Positions 26,291-39,336 are shown, counted from the whole stretch's first letter. The stretch is 62,181 nt of DNA, filler included, from Choristocarpus tenellus KU-1152 (GCA_964200185.2; 9 parts of 9 records of this genome joined end to end with filler, not necessarily neighbours in it), one strand, 5' to 3'. Made by a program: numbers and translations. Notes: generated by a model from the sequence alone, not told the origin.

Positions 26291-28538
26291 GGGCATGGTT
26301 GACTACTGAGGACCATTGTTATTCAAATATTATGTGGTTCAAAGAAACATGCTGCATAATATTCCTCATGAACCACCAGAGCAGCATTGAACACCAAGGG
26401 GATAGGTTCACTTAAACATTATTATAATTATTTATATTAAAATATGAAAGTTAGTAGTTGTGCCCTTCCAAGTGCAAGTACCATTGACCCTTAAACACCT
26501 CGTTTTTGTTTCACAATAAGTACCATAACTGGTACAGTCAGTTACCACAGCAAGTCAACTCTATCTACTATCAATTGGTACCATTCATACCCAAATCATG
26601 ATTTTCTTACGAAAAAATGTGGGATAAACTTCCAAGAATGGCACTTCTGACACAAGACTAGTACAAAATCAGGGAGATAGAAGAGCAAATGTACAAGGAG
26701 CTATTAATATCATACAATGGGGGGACTTGTTTGAGATGCAAAGAGGGCTGGCAGGGATGGCAAATCTAGAGTGGAAGTGGGAAGGGTTCAGGATTAAAAA
26801 AAACAAACACTTAGGGATGTGTTTGCTTAGCCCAGACAACACTCTGGAAAATCTGAGGCCATTTTGGAATGGATTTTGGGCTCTCACAATATATAGGTCA
26901 TCCCTCACCATCACTTTGGGTTGAGAGACATCGGTGGCACTCTGTGGCACCAAAGAGCAACCCAAATCAATTATGGTCATTGGAAGTCAAATTGAACCCT
27001 ACACCTCACAAAACCAAGGAACACATAGTTGCTATCAAAAGCTTGACCAAACCACTGCCCCTTACCACCACATCAGGTTTAATAACATATTTAATGGATT
27101 TTTTTAAAATTTGAATATCGCACTCACTATCTCACACCACCATTTGGTGTCACACTACTACCCCATTACATGGCACCCTCTATATATTTTCTGATATAGG
27201 TGACATAGTGAGTGTTTTCAAGCAACTTATATGAACAGGGATACATATAGAGGTCCAGTCTGGTCCAGTGCAAGTTGAAGTGCTTAAGAAAGTATTGGAA
27301 ATCCTTGGAAATTCTTACAAAATAAAAAGTAAACCCTAGGTGATGAAGCTGCAGACCAGGACTATGTTGTTTGGCATTTTCTTCTTCTAGATTTACACCC
27401 CAAAATCGGCAGCATCATAGAAGTGGCTGTTGCAGCACCTCTTAACCTCGGATGGAGTTGAGAGTTGAGGCAATGGGGCACTTATACCTTGTTGGTGTGT
27501 GCCATTACCCACAATTGAAAGGTAGGTTACATTCCTGTGAGGGATCTTAGAGGATGGTAAGACCCTAGTTGTTCAACAGACAGTTTCATGAGCACAAGGA
27601 GGGGTACTTCTTATTGTGAAGGGATGTACCCTTGTAGTCTGACTGAACTCAGGTAAGGGAGACATACCCATGGCAGAGACTAATCCAGCTCATATCACAC
27701 AAAGCCTACAGTTCCCCCCTAACACCTCAGGCACAAGATAGGTAGTATATGTTATGGCTCTGTGCAGAGCTGAGCAGAGAGCCCCCCCTGCCTGATACGA
27801 GAGAGTGTCCTGTCAAGTACAAGAGGCAGCAAACTATAGCGACCTTTCTTACCCCATAGGACACCTCTTGCAGCACTTCTTAGTATCATTACCAATATCA
27901 ATGTCTGACCCTCCACAGTTTTCAAGCAAAGAGGTGCACCCCTTTGGACTGATCACTTCGCACTATCCTGGAGAATGCATGGGGTGAGTGTCTTCTATGT
28001 AGATAGATAAGCCCTCTTCAGCAGATTTGACTGTGCAAAAATTGTCATGCATGACATGCACGATATGGAGGAAGGATGATTGTAACCAGGTGCTGGGTAT
28101 GGAGTGTCTGACTCTGGGGTAGAGGAGGAGCAACATGAGCACCAAGTAGAACCCAACAACACATCCAGCCAACAAGTCCATTTCAGCAGTGCAGAGGGAG
28201 TGCAAGTGCAAGAGCGGCACCTTTGTCACAATGTTACTTCTATTCCAACTCACAATACCACACCACTGCATCTTACTTCCTCTGGGATTAAATGTCACAT
28301 AACTTTTGTTAGCTCTGTTCACGCCCTGAAATGGCCCACATGATAAACCTTCTGGACGAGGCTTAGTTCTCATATAGATTGGGAGGCGTCCAAAGTATGA
28401 GATGATGGACCGTCAAGACTGTGGAGGATCACCAGCGCAAAGCCAACTGAGTTGCATCTCATGGGGTTCAAAAGTCTCGTGAAACTGTCAAATCAGGTGT
28501 ATATTGGGATGCCTAGGACAAAGACCCCCTGTCATTTG

Positions 28539-28638
28539 NNNNNNNNNNNNNNNNNNNNNNNNNNNNNNNNNNNNNNNNNNNNTTAATTAATTAANNNNNN
28601 NNNNNNNNNNNNNNNNNNNNNNNNNNNNNNNNNNNNNN
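28539..28638. other. Artificial contig spacer
   Basis: N44-TTAATTAATTAA-N44. Confidence 0.98.
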
Positions 28639-28799
28639 GATTTGATTGACAGACTTCACCCCCCCTCCCCCCCCATAGAAGCGAATTGTGTGCATGATAT
28701 GATACAAATGCCTACTTGCACTGCAACTCTACTGCAATTTCACTCTTTCTTTGAAATGTCCGTCCTCTCTTCGTCTTTGCCAACCAACCCTGCCTTCAG

Positions 28800-28964
28800 G
28801 GAAACCATGCGATGGAAGCTGACTTTGGCGAGGGGAAGGTCCACCTCCGTCACGGCAAGATGAGCAAGAGCCGGTTCTCGGTTGACTTCCGATACCCCGT
28901 CAGCCCGATCGTGGCCCTCGGTGTGTGCTGCTGCACCTTCAGTAAGAAGATGGCTGTCACCTGA
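28800..28964 (+). CDS. Terminal exon of a Tubby-domain protein
   Basis: After CTTCAG: GNHAMEADFGEGKVHLRHGKMSKSRFSVDFRYPVSPIVALGVCCCTFSKKMAVT*, matching the Tub C-terminus (LQFGRV..D.FTMDYxYPL.ALQAFAIALSSFDSKLACE). Confidence 0.8.
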   Translation, partial: GNHAMEADFGEGKVHLRHGKMSKSRFSVDFRYPVSPIVALGVCCCTFSKKMAVT

Positions 28965-29357
28965 AGCTGGCGCGCACGTGTATGGAGGATTGAGTTGGGT
29001 TGTGAGGAATTAGCTGTGAACATGAGGGGACGAGAGGACTTGTCTGGTATTTTTTTGTTATTTTGTTTTTTTGTACCAAAAAGAAGAATTATATGATTTG
29101 CGTGATTGGGTTTGTTGTTTTTTTATATCGCGTTTGGGGATGTTCAGGTCATTTGTGGAGCGGTTGGTTGGTTGGTTTGACCTTGCTTGGCCAAGTAGGT
29201 CCCCCCCCACCCCCCCCCCCCCCCCCTCCCCTCCCCTCCCCCATCTCATTAAAACTGCTTCTGTTTTTACTGTCGTATAGTAAAGCATCTCTTATGCTCA
29301 CACAGGTTGCAGATAATCTCATTGACTGACTGCTTCCGTCTTCTTCCCACCATGTAG

Positions 29358-32300
29358 GCTGTATGGATTCTTCGAGACTCTGGGACTATAGTGACTGTAG
29401 AGCTCTCTAGGACCGCAGAGGGGTTTTTTTTTGGTGGGCACTGCAGACCTCGATCATTGAGAAAGATGAAGGAATTACTTGGGATGAGACGGCAGGTTGC
29501 TGGACTGGGGGATGTTTGTTTGCTGCTTGTGTGGAACTGAATTCTATTGGCTCAGTGTGACATGCAGGCGGCCCCATTGGTCAAAAGGTTCCTGTTGGTA
29601 TATTGTACACTACTACCCCCCTAATTCCAGCATGATTTGTTCTCCAGGGGAGACAACTCGTCCAATGTTCCGAGACATTTTGGTCGGGCAACATTTATTT
29701 GTTGTTTTTTCATCTACACTTTTCCCGTCTATTGACTACACAGTGCGTGTGTTTTTTTCCCTTGTTCATCCTGGCTTGAATGCTTCCCAGGTCTGTACTA
29801 AACCTTGTGGCTTTTCGAGGACAAAATCAGGGAGTAGAGAGAAGTCACGCCAGTGGCAATCCTTGTGTCACTTCCCCCACCTATGGAGCAGTACATACAT
29901 TTTTTCTTTTCCCCTTCTAGATTGTGGGTGGGGCCTCCTCCTGCAGACCCAGTACTGTGGATGATTCATTACATGGAAAGCTAAATATAATTGTGATGGC
30001 ATATGATAATATAATAATGATGATAATAATAATATGAAGTACACACACTTGCTTGCGTGTCTCATTTGCAGTAGGAACATTTCCTACAGATTTTTTTTTA
30101 ATCATTTGTACTCTTCTTGTTCTGATCACATGTGAAATTAACGGTTACAAATACTAGTCAAGAAGTACAAAGTATATCAAATCTAGGACTTCAAGGTCAT
30201 AATGGTGTTTATGAAACCGCCATGAAGACATATCGCCTGTAACACACACATGTGCAGTGATTGCAGCACACACATTGCTTTCACCGAAAAAAGGCAACAA
30301 ACAGTTCAGTCCCACAGGAACGGAGCCCTACAACAAAGCCACTAGGTCCGAGCATAGATCGACACAGACTACAAAATATGAAGATCACCTTGGTGAGGCT
30401 CAAAGTATCTGGGGGAAGTCTATTCGGGGGCCATTTTTCCATGCGACGGTTTTGGGGTGACTTGGTTGTATATGCGTCGGATGGATAATGTAAGTTCACT
30501 TCTGCTGGTCAGTGCCCGAATGGACACCCTAGTGCAGACCCCCCGCCCCCGCTCCCAGATACTTTGAGCCTGAAATATGTGAAGAGAAAATCCTACAAAG
30601 ATCTGCACAACACATCCTACAGTACTGTCTTTCTCTCCTCGCATGTGCCCCCTACCCTCTACCCCCTACCTCCCTACCCTCCTACCTCCCCGTCAGAATA
30701 GGGTTATATATATACTAAGAGGAAGGTGGTGCATGCCGGGGGGGGTTACTTACCCTAACGAGAGTATTTTCCACAAGCACATTCTGTCAACAAGAAATGA
30801 GGTAAGAAAAAGTGAGCGGATGTGTATAGAGAGAGCTTCAAGGTCGCAGCAGGGGTTAGCTAGGAGTACAACCAACATTAATGGGAGAGGTGGGTCTCAA
30901 GGGGTTTGGAAGGTGTCTGTTTCTTGTTCTCAAACAAACTACAACTACTGTAGTTGGCGTTATAGGATGGCCTTTCTATTGCAAGCGACACACACTCTGT
31001 GGCTATGCTCGTTGCGTTCTCTGCCATGTATGTTGCTTTTTTTTGTGTTTGCTATAGCGACACATGGAAAAGGGTGGGCAGGGACGAAAGGTTTTGTTTG
31101 GTTTTTTGGTTTGAATTGAGTAGCTATTGGTAAGTGTGCGCAATCAGGAAGGATTTCGCACTGCTTGCGGAGCTCCGTTGGTAGAGCGCCGCTCCGTTAA
31201 AGCTGAGGTCCCGAGTTCGAGCCTCGGCGTGAGTACTCTGTAAGAGATATCATTTTGCTCGCAAAATCCTGTCCAATCACCGCACTTTGTGTTCCTATTC
31301 TACTACGAATTTACACTCTATGTACAGGTAGGGAGGGGGGGGAACGGCCACTAGCTACATTGTACTTTGGTAAATAAACTTTGAAACAAAACAATCCAGG
31401 GGTAGGGTTGCATTTTAGGGATCCTAAGGGAAAAAAATATACCATTTTGTACAGTTGCAGAAAGAGCATTCGTTTAGTTGTGGTGTCTCTTGGTGTGCGG
31501 AAAGGGGGGAATATCAATTTTGTGTACACTATTATGCACATAAAGCAACGAAATAGATTGTATTGCACAGGGTAAGAACTATGATTTAGAATGAAAAACT
31601 GTCCAAACCTGCCTACCTCTAAATTGGTTTGGCTCTTTGTACACTGCGTGAATGGACAATGTGTCAACAAGATGTTTGGCAGGGGAGATGATCCATTCAA
31701 ATATATTTCATTAAGTTGTTCATTTCTTGCTGGCGCATATTGCTACTGGAAAGCTCCTCACAGCAGAGGAGGTAGTGCCAAGCAAAGATACAGCTGATGT
31801 ATCTGCCAATTTCAACAACATAGCATTTTCAAACACAGCGCATTTGTTGGAACCTGCCCCAGAAATCGTCCCGCCACTTTCACGGAGGGTGCTGCCATGA
31901 GGGCGGTGTGCAAGTCACCAGGGTCAAGCAAATTTCCTGGAAGCCTGGGAGGAACGAGAAGAAATGTGTATGTGTATATCTGCGCACAGACCCTCCATAC
32001 TACCACCTTTCAAGAAGACGCTGAAGTCGACCGGCAAACCTTGCAGGAGTTTCTTGTCACCTACATCAGGAAGGTGGGAAAATCTTATCCACCGTGGGGA
32101 CCAAGCTGGTTTCTACCAACACCTGAAAGTGCTCAAAGTGGAGAGGAGCAGAGAGAGTGCCCCTCACCACATGCGTAACAAACCTGGACAACCACTCGGG
32201 GAGTAAGCACACGTTGCGGAACGGTGGAGGAGTTAATTTGAGATCATTCAAAATGTTCCTTAACACCAAGTCGGTTGATCTCGACCCCTCGTAGTGCTGA

Positions 32301-35300
32301 AAACCTTGATCAACGGCCCACATACATGGCTCCCGCCAATGCAGCAACAATGATAGAGGCCGAAGAACTTCGGGAAATGGGAAATTGGAAGCCTATGGAT
32401 GGGTCCCAAACATCTTCTAGCCGAGCCCCTAAAGACTTGATCTACGGGAGGACATGACTATCATTTCGAGGTTTCCATAAATCTTGTTCTCTTTGCTGTG
32501 TGGGATCAGGAAGTTGTGCGTCAGGATGAGCGGTCGTCACTGTGCTCCAGAAGAAGAAGGACCGGACTGATCGTGGCGACTACAATGGCATCTCCTTGCT
32601 GGCACATGCTGGCAAAGTAGCTACGTAAGGTTGTTGCACAGCGACTGGGAGATTGTTTGGAGCGGGAGAACAAACTCAACGAGGAAAGGTGTGTGTGGTT
32701 TCCAGCCCCCATGCTCCTCAAGCACTTGGCCGGGAAGAGCATATACCCTTATTCACGATTTTTTTATCTACAAAAAGCGTATGAATCTGTTGATTGCGAT
32801 CTCCTGTGGGTTGTGCTGCCCAAATTCGGAACACCTAAGAGAAGACTATTTATCTAATCCGCCGGTTCCATTATGGAATGAGGGCATGTGTTGGCATGGA
32901 TACACCCACTAGATCGAGGTTGGACAGGGCCTCCGGCGGAGGTGTGTTCTTCCTCGTATCCTCTTCAATATCCTTTTTACCACGGTGCAAAGTATACCAG
33001 TTAAAGGAATTCACCTCTCATCCAGCCATGTCCACAGATCTTGTTGTCATCAAGAGAGCGGCCACAAACAACCAGATCAGTGGGGGAAGATTCCTAGGGA
33101 GTGGGACAACACTTGAGTGGTTCTTCTCGGGTATGCTTTTTGCTGGTAATGCGGGCATTGTCTCCAAGACCTGAGTAGATTTGACCAGGATGGTGATTGT
33201 CGAAGGGGGTAGACCATTCAACTTGACCGTATCAGCAATGAAGGTGGAGACCGTATGTCTTCTGCCTCCTAATCAGGCTGCAGATACCATGCAGATCCAG
33301 GCACTGGACCAGACCTACAGGTAGACTAATAACTTTGTTACATTGGGGGCACCATCAATAACAAAGTCACTACCGCTTCTGAGATCAACCAGAGGATCGA
33401 GAAAGCTTGGAATTGTTTTCGTTCTCATAGCCAGTTGTTCACAACAGGACTGTAGGTGTACGACTTGACCTAAAGATTTCGAATACTCAATGCTGAGGTG
33501 CTTGAAGTCCCGCTGTATGGTTGTACGATATGGGCACTCCGACACTACCTGAAGCTTCGCTCACATCACCGCAGTTTCTCCACCGTTGTATTGGATTCCA
33601 TGGATGGGAGCATGCTGATCATGTCCTGTTGTACGACTAGGTGTGAGAGCATCGACTCAACTGTGTGCGATCGAAGACCCCTATTTGCTGTGTCAGCTGC
33701 ATGTGCGTGGATCATGAGCAACTTCCTCTGGTGTTGATGTTTCCGGAGGTTGCAGCAGGAAATCGGAAGCAAGGTGGACGGGAGAAGAAGTGGTGGGCAT
33801 GCCTCCAAGACGATCTCAGAGAGTTTTGGGATTACAAATGAGGGTTGGAAAACTAGGGCCTCCTACCAACAGAAGTGGTATGAGTGTGTGGCCAGCCTAA
33901 GCAGTGTGTATATCGACTTCTTTGGGCTACCTTTCTGACATTGGGTTTGAGGTCCCTCAGGCTAACGTGAAGATAGACAATTGCAATTCGTTCAGTATGT
34001 TCGCACTAGTTCAAAGCAAGAACTAAATTATGCTCTTAACATTTATTTGGCAGATGTCGTCGCGGAGAAAAATAGAAGGAGGCAACATAGAACATGCTCG
34101 GATCCATGGTCAGAAAGGCTGTACAAAAATGGAGAGGAGAAAAAATAGAAGAGTATGCAATACACCTTATGTGCCAAACAGCAGAAAATACAGAATGCAG
34201 CAATGCAGAAGACTGTAGAAATTAAAGAAAAGTAACAATACGGGTAATGTACTCAAATACATACACGAAGAAAAGGTAAAAGCCTAGCAGTCAAGACCCC
34301 CCAAAAGTCTGAAAAGGTCTCAGCTCCAGCACCAAGGACCATAATCAGTCCAAGAAGGGCCGCATACCCACTCATAGTTACAAATAAGTAGATCAGACCG
34401 AGCCCCGTACACCCGCCAACAACACACAGATGTCACAGGTTACCAGTCTTAACGGTGGTTTCATGAACGCCACCATGAACTTGAAGTCCTAGATTATAAA
34501 AAATGATGGCTTTGTTGACATAATACATATTTCTTTATATTTTGGTCCTTGTGCAATCATTCATGTACCCCATGTTCTTAAAACATAGGGTACTCATTTC
34601 ATTTGCTTTGATACGATGCAGTATCGTCAGTCCATACTGAATGTTGATTTGTCCATTGCAATGGTCGCTATTCTCACTCACCTCATTAGCTCCTCATCAC
34701 AACATCATCAATCACCTTCAGAACACCACAGTACATAGGAAAGCATAAGAACAGTCGCTTCCTATCACACATACAGGCATACTATGCGTCACATCAGTTC
34801 CCTCAGACATTGATTCAAGTTTGTCTCCTTGTTTCCTTCTTTGTTTTTCCCCTTCTTCACACAAGAAGTTTTCAGTTGCATGTCATGTGTTTATTATTTT
34901 TCTTGATTGGCATTGCCCCCTCATAATTTATCCTGCTCACTCAAGGGTCTCCTGAAGGGCAGATGCTCTAACCAGTTAAATTCTTCTGTCAGCTTGAATG
35001 CCTTTTGAAGGCGTTTCGAGCGTCTCCCGGTGTTGCTGCCACCCTTGTTTCCGATCCTCTCAGCCCAACAGGAAACTTCCTTGTACTGTCTCAATTTTCA
35101 CACCGCCCTCCAGGCAGTAACTTTGTGCTAGAGGGTGGCAATACTTCTGCTGTGACTGCAGGTAGATGTGTAGTGTATGGTTCTGTATGAACTAGGTTGC
35201 ACGTAAACACAAACTTACGTAGTTACATACTACTTCGAATATGAATATTAATACTATTGATATATAGTACAAAGTACTTTGAAGTACAATACATTATTCA

Positions 35301-36164
35301 GACATGAGTATCAACAAAATGTGCTGCCCTTTAGGTTTGTGGATAAATATAATGCCCATTTGATGTTTCATATTTTCGATGCGAAAAGGAGTGCTGTGCA
35401 TTTAATTAAGCATGTCCATACACATATTTTCACTATAAATGAATGTTCCTCGGTATTAGTGATACAACGATATTATCATTATTTCTTAAATATCATACAC
35501 TCCGACATTAGTATGAGTCTAAAGGGTCTCAACTTATCATTAGAATTTAGTAATCCATTGAGCCATACCCACCAAGCACATGATTTTAAGGTAGTCATGT
35601 CCTAGCTCCTTTTCAACAAAAAAACGTTATTATTAAGTATCCACTTTTTGTCATGTTGCCTGTCAAGGAGCAGATAATCTTTTGTCGATTGTGAGCAATG
35701 ATGGGATACATAATTCATTGTGTCTTCAAGGTATTGTTACCAAGCAAGGGCACACGTATACATTAGAGGAATGTGTAATGCAAGTCTCGCTGCCGCTCCA
35801 TGACATGTCACCCATGTTCTCCCATGTTCACTACTATTTCCTAGGCGTATTGAAAAAGACTATGCTGTTCCATGTCAAGAGGTAAGAAGGCAAAGGATCA
35901 GTGCAGATAGCATTGTTGCTGACTTGCCTAGCTTGATAGCTGAAATCAGCACAGCAGCATCCACCACAACAAAAACTCTATCATTGTACATTGTTCTGTC
36001 ACACTACACAAAATTGACACCGGGTGACTACCCTCAGGCGAACTGATCTGAGAATAGTGAGTGACCTAGGTACAAACACCCCCCTCCCAGATGTACCCCC
36101 AAAGTGCATGAAATCCAAATCAGCACAAGCACCCAATTCCTTCAAGCTTCCCTCCTTTTGCTCA
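29358..36164 (+). CDS. Putative multi-exon gene of unknown function; candidate exons 29358-29495, 29648-29682, 29791-29890, 35011-35161, 35845-35881, 36038-36164
   Basis: AG..GT-bounded segments join in phase without stops (AVWILRDSG...RRQ|GRQLVQCSETFW|SVLNLVAF...YGA|AFRASPG...VTAG|VLKKTMLFHVKR|RTDLRIVSDLG...). No family recognised. Confidence 0.3.
30397..30570 (+). mobile_element. MITE family B, full copy (174 bp), TGA TSD
   Basis: Perfect TIRs GGCTCAAAGTATCTGGG / CCCAGATACTTTGAGCC; TGA at 30394-30396 and 30571-30573. Confidence 0.9.
31163..31235 (+). pseudogene. Degenerate tRNA-Asn(GTT) / tRNA-derived SINE head
   Basis: 73-nt cloverleaf: GCTC/GAGC D-stem with TGGTA, loop CC-GTT-AA, perfect T-arm CCGAG-TTCGAGC-CTCGG. 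It lacks U8 and U33, has a mismatch in the anticodon stem and three G-U pairs in the acceptor stem. Confidence 0.7.
31790..33900 (+). mobile_element. RTE-clade LINE relic (reverse transcriptase pseudogene)
   Basis: KKKDRTDRGDYNGISLLAHAGK, LQKAYESVDCDLLWVVLPKFGTP, EVGQGLR and GMLFAGNAGIVS (decayed MLYADDAG), with many frameshifts. Confidence 0.85.
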
Positions 36165-36302
36165 GTACGCAACAAATAATACCCTATATTTTTAATTTCA
36201 GCAGGGTTTGCTTTAATATAGGTAGGAGGGGAAATCGGGTTGGAGAAAAAAAAAGGAGTAAAGATCTTACTATCTGCACAGGATCCATATTTCTTGTGAA
36301 AT

Positions 36303-36317
36303 GGGTCAAAGTATCTG

Positions 36318-36372
<55 letters not shown>

Positions 36373-36405
36373 GGTGACGGCACCACACCACCCCCCACCG
36401 CGGCT
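36303..36405 (+). mobile_element. MITE family B 5' end running into a poly-G tract at the contig end
   Basis: GGGTCAAAGTATCTGCGGGGG... Confidence 0.6.
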
Positions 36406-36505
36406 NNNNNNNNNNNNNNNNNNNNNNNNNNNNNNNNNNNNNNNNNNNNTTAATTAATTAANNNNNNNNNNNNNNNNNNNNNNNNNNNNNNNNNNNNNNN
36501 NNNNN
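36406..36505. other. Artificial contig spacer
   Basis: N44-TTAATTAATTAA-N44. Confidence 0.98.
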
Positions 36506-36964
36506 GTACTTTTTAAAGACCGTTTTGGCAAAACAACCATCCTCATAGTCCCGTGCCTTCCTCAATTTTGAGGATCCCGTGTTAGAAGAAGTGGTTGACA
36601 CAAATTTCACATGTCATTGGGTACCCGTTATCTCTGAACACTTCTACACGTATTATTGTGTGTGATACAAGCACATCACTGGACCTTTCCTTTTTAGTTC
36701 AGTTATTCGGCCATTTCTTATTAATCGAACCACACGCCATAGAATTATACAACTCACTAGTCCTATCCTACTATACAAACCCCAATATGGTTGTACCAGT
36801 TGCACAAAATCAACACAATCATTTTTAGATATTTGAATACCTGGATACACCCCAGGCACACAACAAGTATCCCTGCCTCCTTGTTGTTGCGGGGGGGTAG
36901 ATACTCACACCAGGTTAGCATGACATTCTGCCATCCTACCAAACATGCTGCTGGATCATCATCT

Positions 36965-39336
36965 ATGCGTCGCTGTAGATCGTCCCACAGCCCCGACATG
37001 GCTGAAGTAGGCTCAACAACGAGATCGGGAAGATCGCTGGACAGAAGGTTCTACGGAGGCGCAGGCAGGGGTGTAGAGCCCGATTCAGCAAATCTCCAAG
37101 ACCTTCGACTTCAGTTCTGTGCCCTCGCGAGAAAGCTTCAAGGCCTGGAAGAGGGTAGCCCCTGCCCCATACGCGGACAACAAGCATCTAGTGACCACAA
37201 GGATCGTGCAGAGTGCCGACGTCGAGCAGCTTGTGAGAAACGGTCTCCTGGAAGGGTAAAAGCTACCCAGGAGGTGGACAGCCTTCGATCCCAGCTTGAA
37301 GAAGAACGGAGGGCTAGAGAGGGAGCTGAGCGGTATGTGGCATCGAACTGGGTTGTGTCACCTTGCTCAGGGGCACCCTACCTACGACTCAGAAAAGGAT
37401 TCGTGTGGAGTAAGCATCTTCGCGCTTTGACCGCCCAATCTTGCATCCTTTTTGAAATCGTGCCGTGTGCAGGGCATTGTCCGACGCTCAGCATCTCACA
37501 GCTCAGGCAAGACTCGAATGCGACCGTTTGGCTCGAGTGGTGAACTCCTTCGGGGGACGAACACTGGAAGAGATCACTGCCGAGGCTGACTCTCTCCAGC
37601 ATCGTCTGAAAGAGGCCCAGTCCGAGTCAACAGACTGCCGTCGCCTGGCCGACGCAAAGTCAAGTGAGGCATTAAGCGCTGCCACGGAGGCATTTGACCT
37701 GAGGGAGACACTAGAGAGGGAGGTTGCCTTTAGAGCAGCTTTGGAAGAAAGGGGGCAGGCTCTCGCCCTCGATACAAGGACTTCACTCCGACAGTCTGCA
37801 AGGGCTAGGGAGTCTGCCAGAGCACTTTCACAAGCATTGCAACGATCCGAAGCACAGCGAGCGTCTCTGACCCAGCGACTCAGTGTCCTAAGGGCCAACA
37901 ACCAACGTCTAGAGAAGAAGGTAGCATCCACTACAGGTACTGCTGCTACAGTCACCATCGGCGACACACAAAAAAGGACTGGAGGGTTATGTCTCTGGGA
38001 TAGGAAATCGGGAAATACCCACCATCAGTGTCGTAATGGTGACATGAGGGAGCGACGGCAGGGACAAGCTGGGCATAAGGTTGGCCTGATGGAGATGCAA
38101 AGCAAGCACTCTGAGAGGACATGGCTCCAAAAGCTTCGCGAGGTTGAGGTGAGAGCCAACACGTACAAGGTTTCTGCACGGGTATCAGAAGAAGGGTTGC
38201 AAGAGGCACTCAAAAGGATTGAGGATCTGGAGGAGACCGTCCGCATCCTTACTACTGAGCTCAATAGTCGTGGAGAGGGGGGAGGTGGCTTGACATCAAA
38301 TGTGGTAAAGTCAAGAAGTATTGCTGGAAAAGGAAATGATGTCAGGGTTTTGGCTTGGGAAGGGAGCAAGTCTTGTCAGAGCAATCGGCAGAACGAGGAC
38401 GACTATTTGGAGCCCACATCAAAACCCTCTGCCAATTTGGGACTGCAACAGAGACAGCCGCCACCTCAGAGTCATGACTGTGACAACTCGCCAGCGTCCG
38501 TCTTGGATGGCACAGCCTCCCACCACTCTTCCACTCAGACTTGCAAACAGAACTTCCACCCAATCCGGAAGGCAACAGAAGTAAGAGACAAAACTAAACC
38601 TAGGCTGGCTTGGGTACCTAGGACAGGGGGGAGTGTAACTGAATCCATAGGACCAATCAAACCTGTGAAGGTGGGTGTGCAGTCCTATACCACTGGGTTA
38701 GGGAACAAGATGTGGGGCAGAGAGAGGAGGGAGATTAGAAGGATGGGAGGAGGAGGAGATCAAGATGGAGATGGAGATAGAGAGGGTCCTGGTGAGGAAT
38801 TGCAATACACTCAGCTACTTGAAGAATCTCGTAGACTTCGAGAGGATGCGTTGTCCGCTGTTGGTGTAGGTCCTACAGGTAGGGAGGAATGCTCTGAGTG
38901 GAGTCCTCTTGATGAGATGCTATACTCACCCTCCCCACCCACTGCATCACAGTCCCCACCACTGGTGAACCACCAATCTGTGCCAGAATCACCATTGCTA
39001 CATCTACGTGACGAAAGCCCAGGAAACGGACCAGCTATGAAGCCTGTAGAAGGAGGGCAGCGCACGCGGATTTCAGTGCCAATAGATATCCTCTCAGAAC
39101 TCTATTCTTGGGGGAAGACAGGCCAGTCTAGGGCAGGGATCAGGACAGGGACGGCAGTTGTTACTGCAGGGGATGGACCAGGGGAAGTGAAAAGAGCAGA
39201 CCTCCCTGTGGACCTTAGCCCAGGACAAGCAAAAAGGACCAGCAATATCATCAGAGGAGCACAGGAACTAGAAGGGGAGTCTGAGCTGCCTTTCGGTGTC
39301 AACGCTTCTCTGGCCAACGAGGTGAAGATTGTCTGA
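36965..39336 (+). CDS. Uncharacterised protein, N-terminal coiled coil plus long disordered C-terminus; exons ~36965-37332 and 37473-39336
   Basis: Two overlapping long ORFs joined in phase by a 140-nt GTATGT...TGCAG intron (EGAER|ALSDAQ), with heptad-rich E/R/L/A sequence. Start codon uncertain (36920, 36965 or 36998). Confidence 0.75.

Noticed and set aside
31163-31235. Functional tRNA-Asn gene
   Set aside because: Missing U8 and U33, anticodon-stem mismatch and a weak acceptor stem; reported as pseudogene/SINE instead.
35999-36457. Poly-Pro / poly-Gly ORFs
   Set aside because: They derive from a ~54-nt G run at a contig end inside a MITE-B terminus, possibly inflated by sequencing.
10267-39336. 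Cilium/centrosome gene cluster (CEP76, Tubby-like, coiled-coil protein)
   Set aside because: The genes are on three different contigs joined by artificial spacers.
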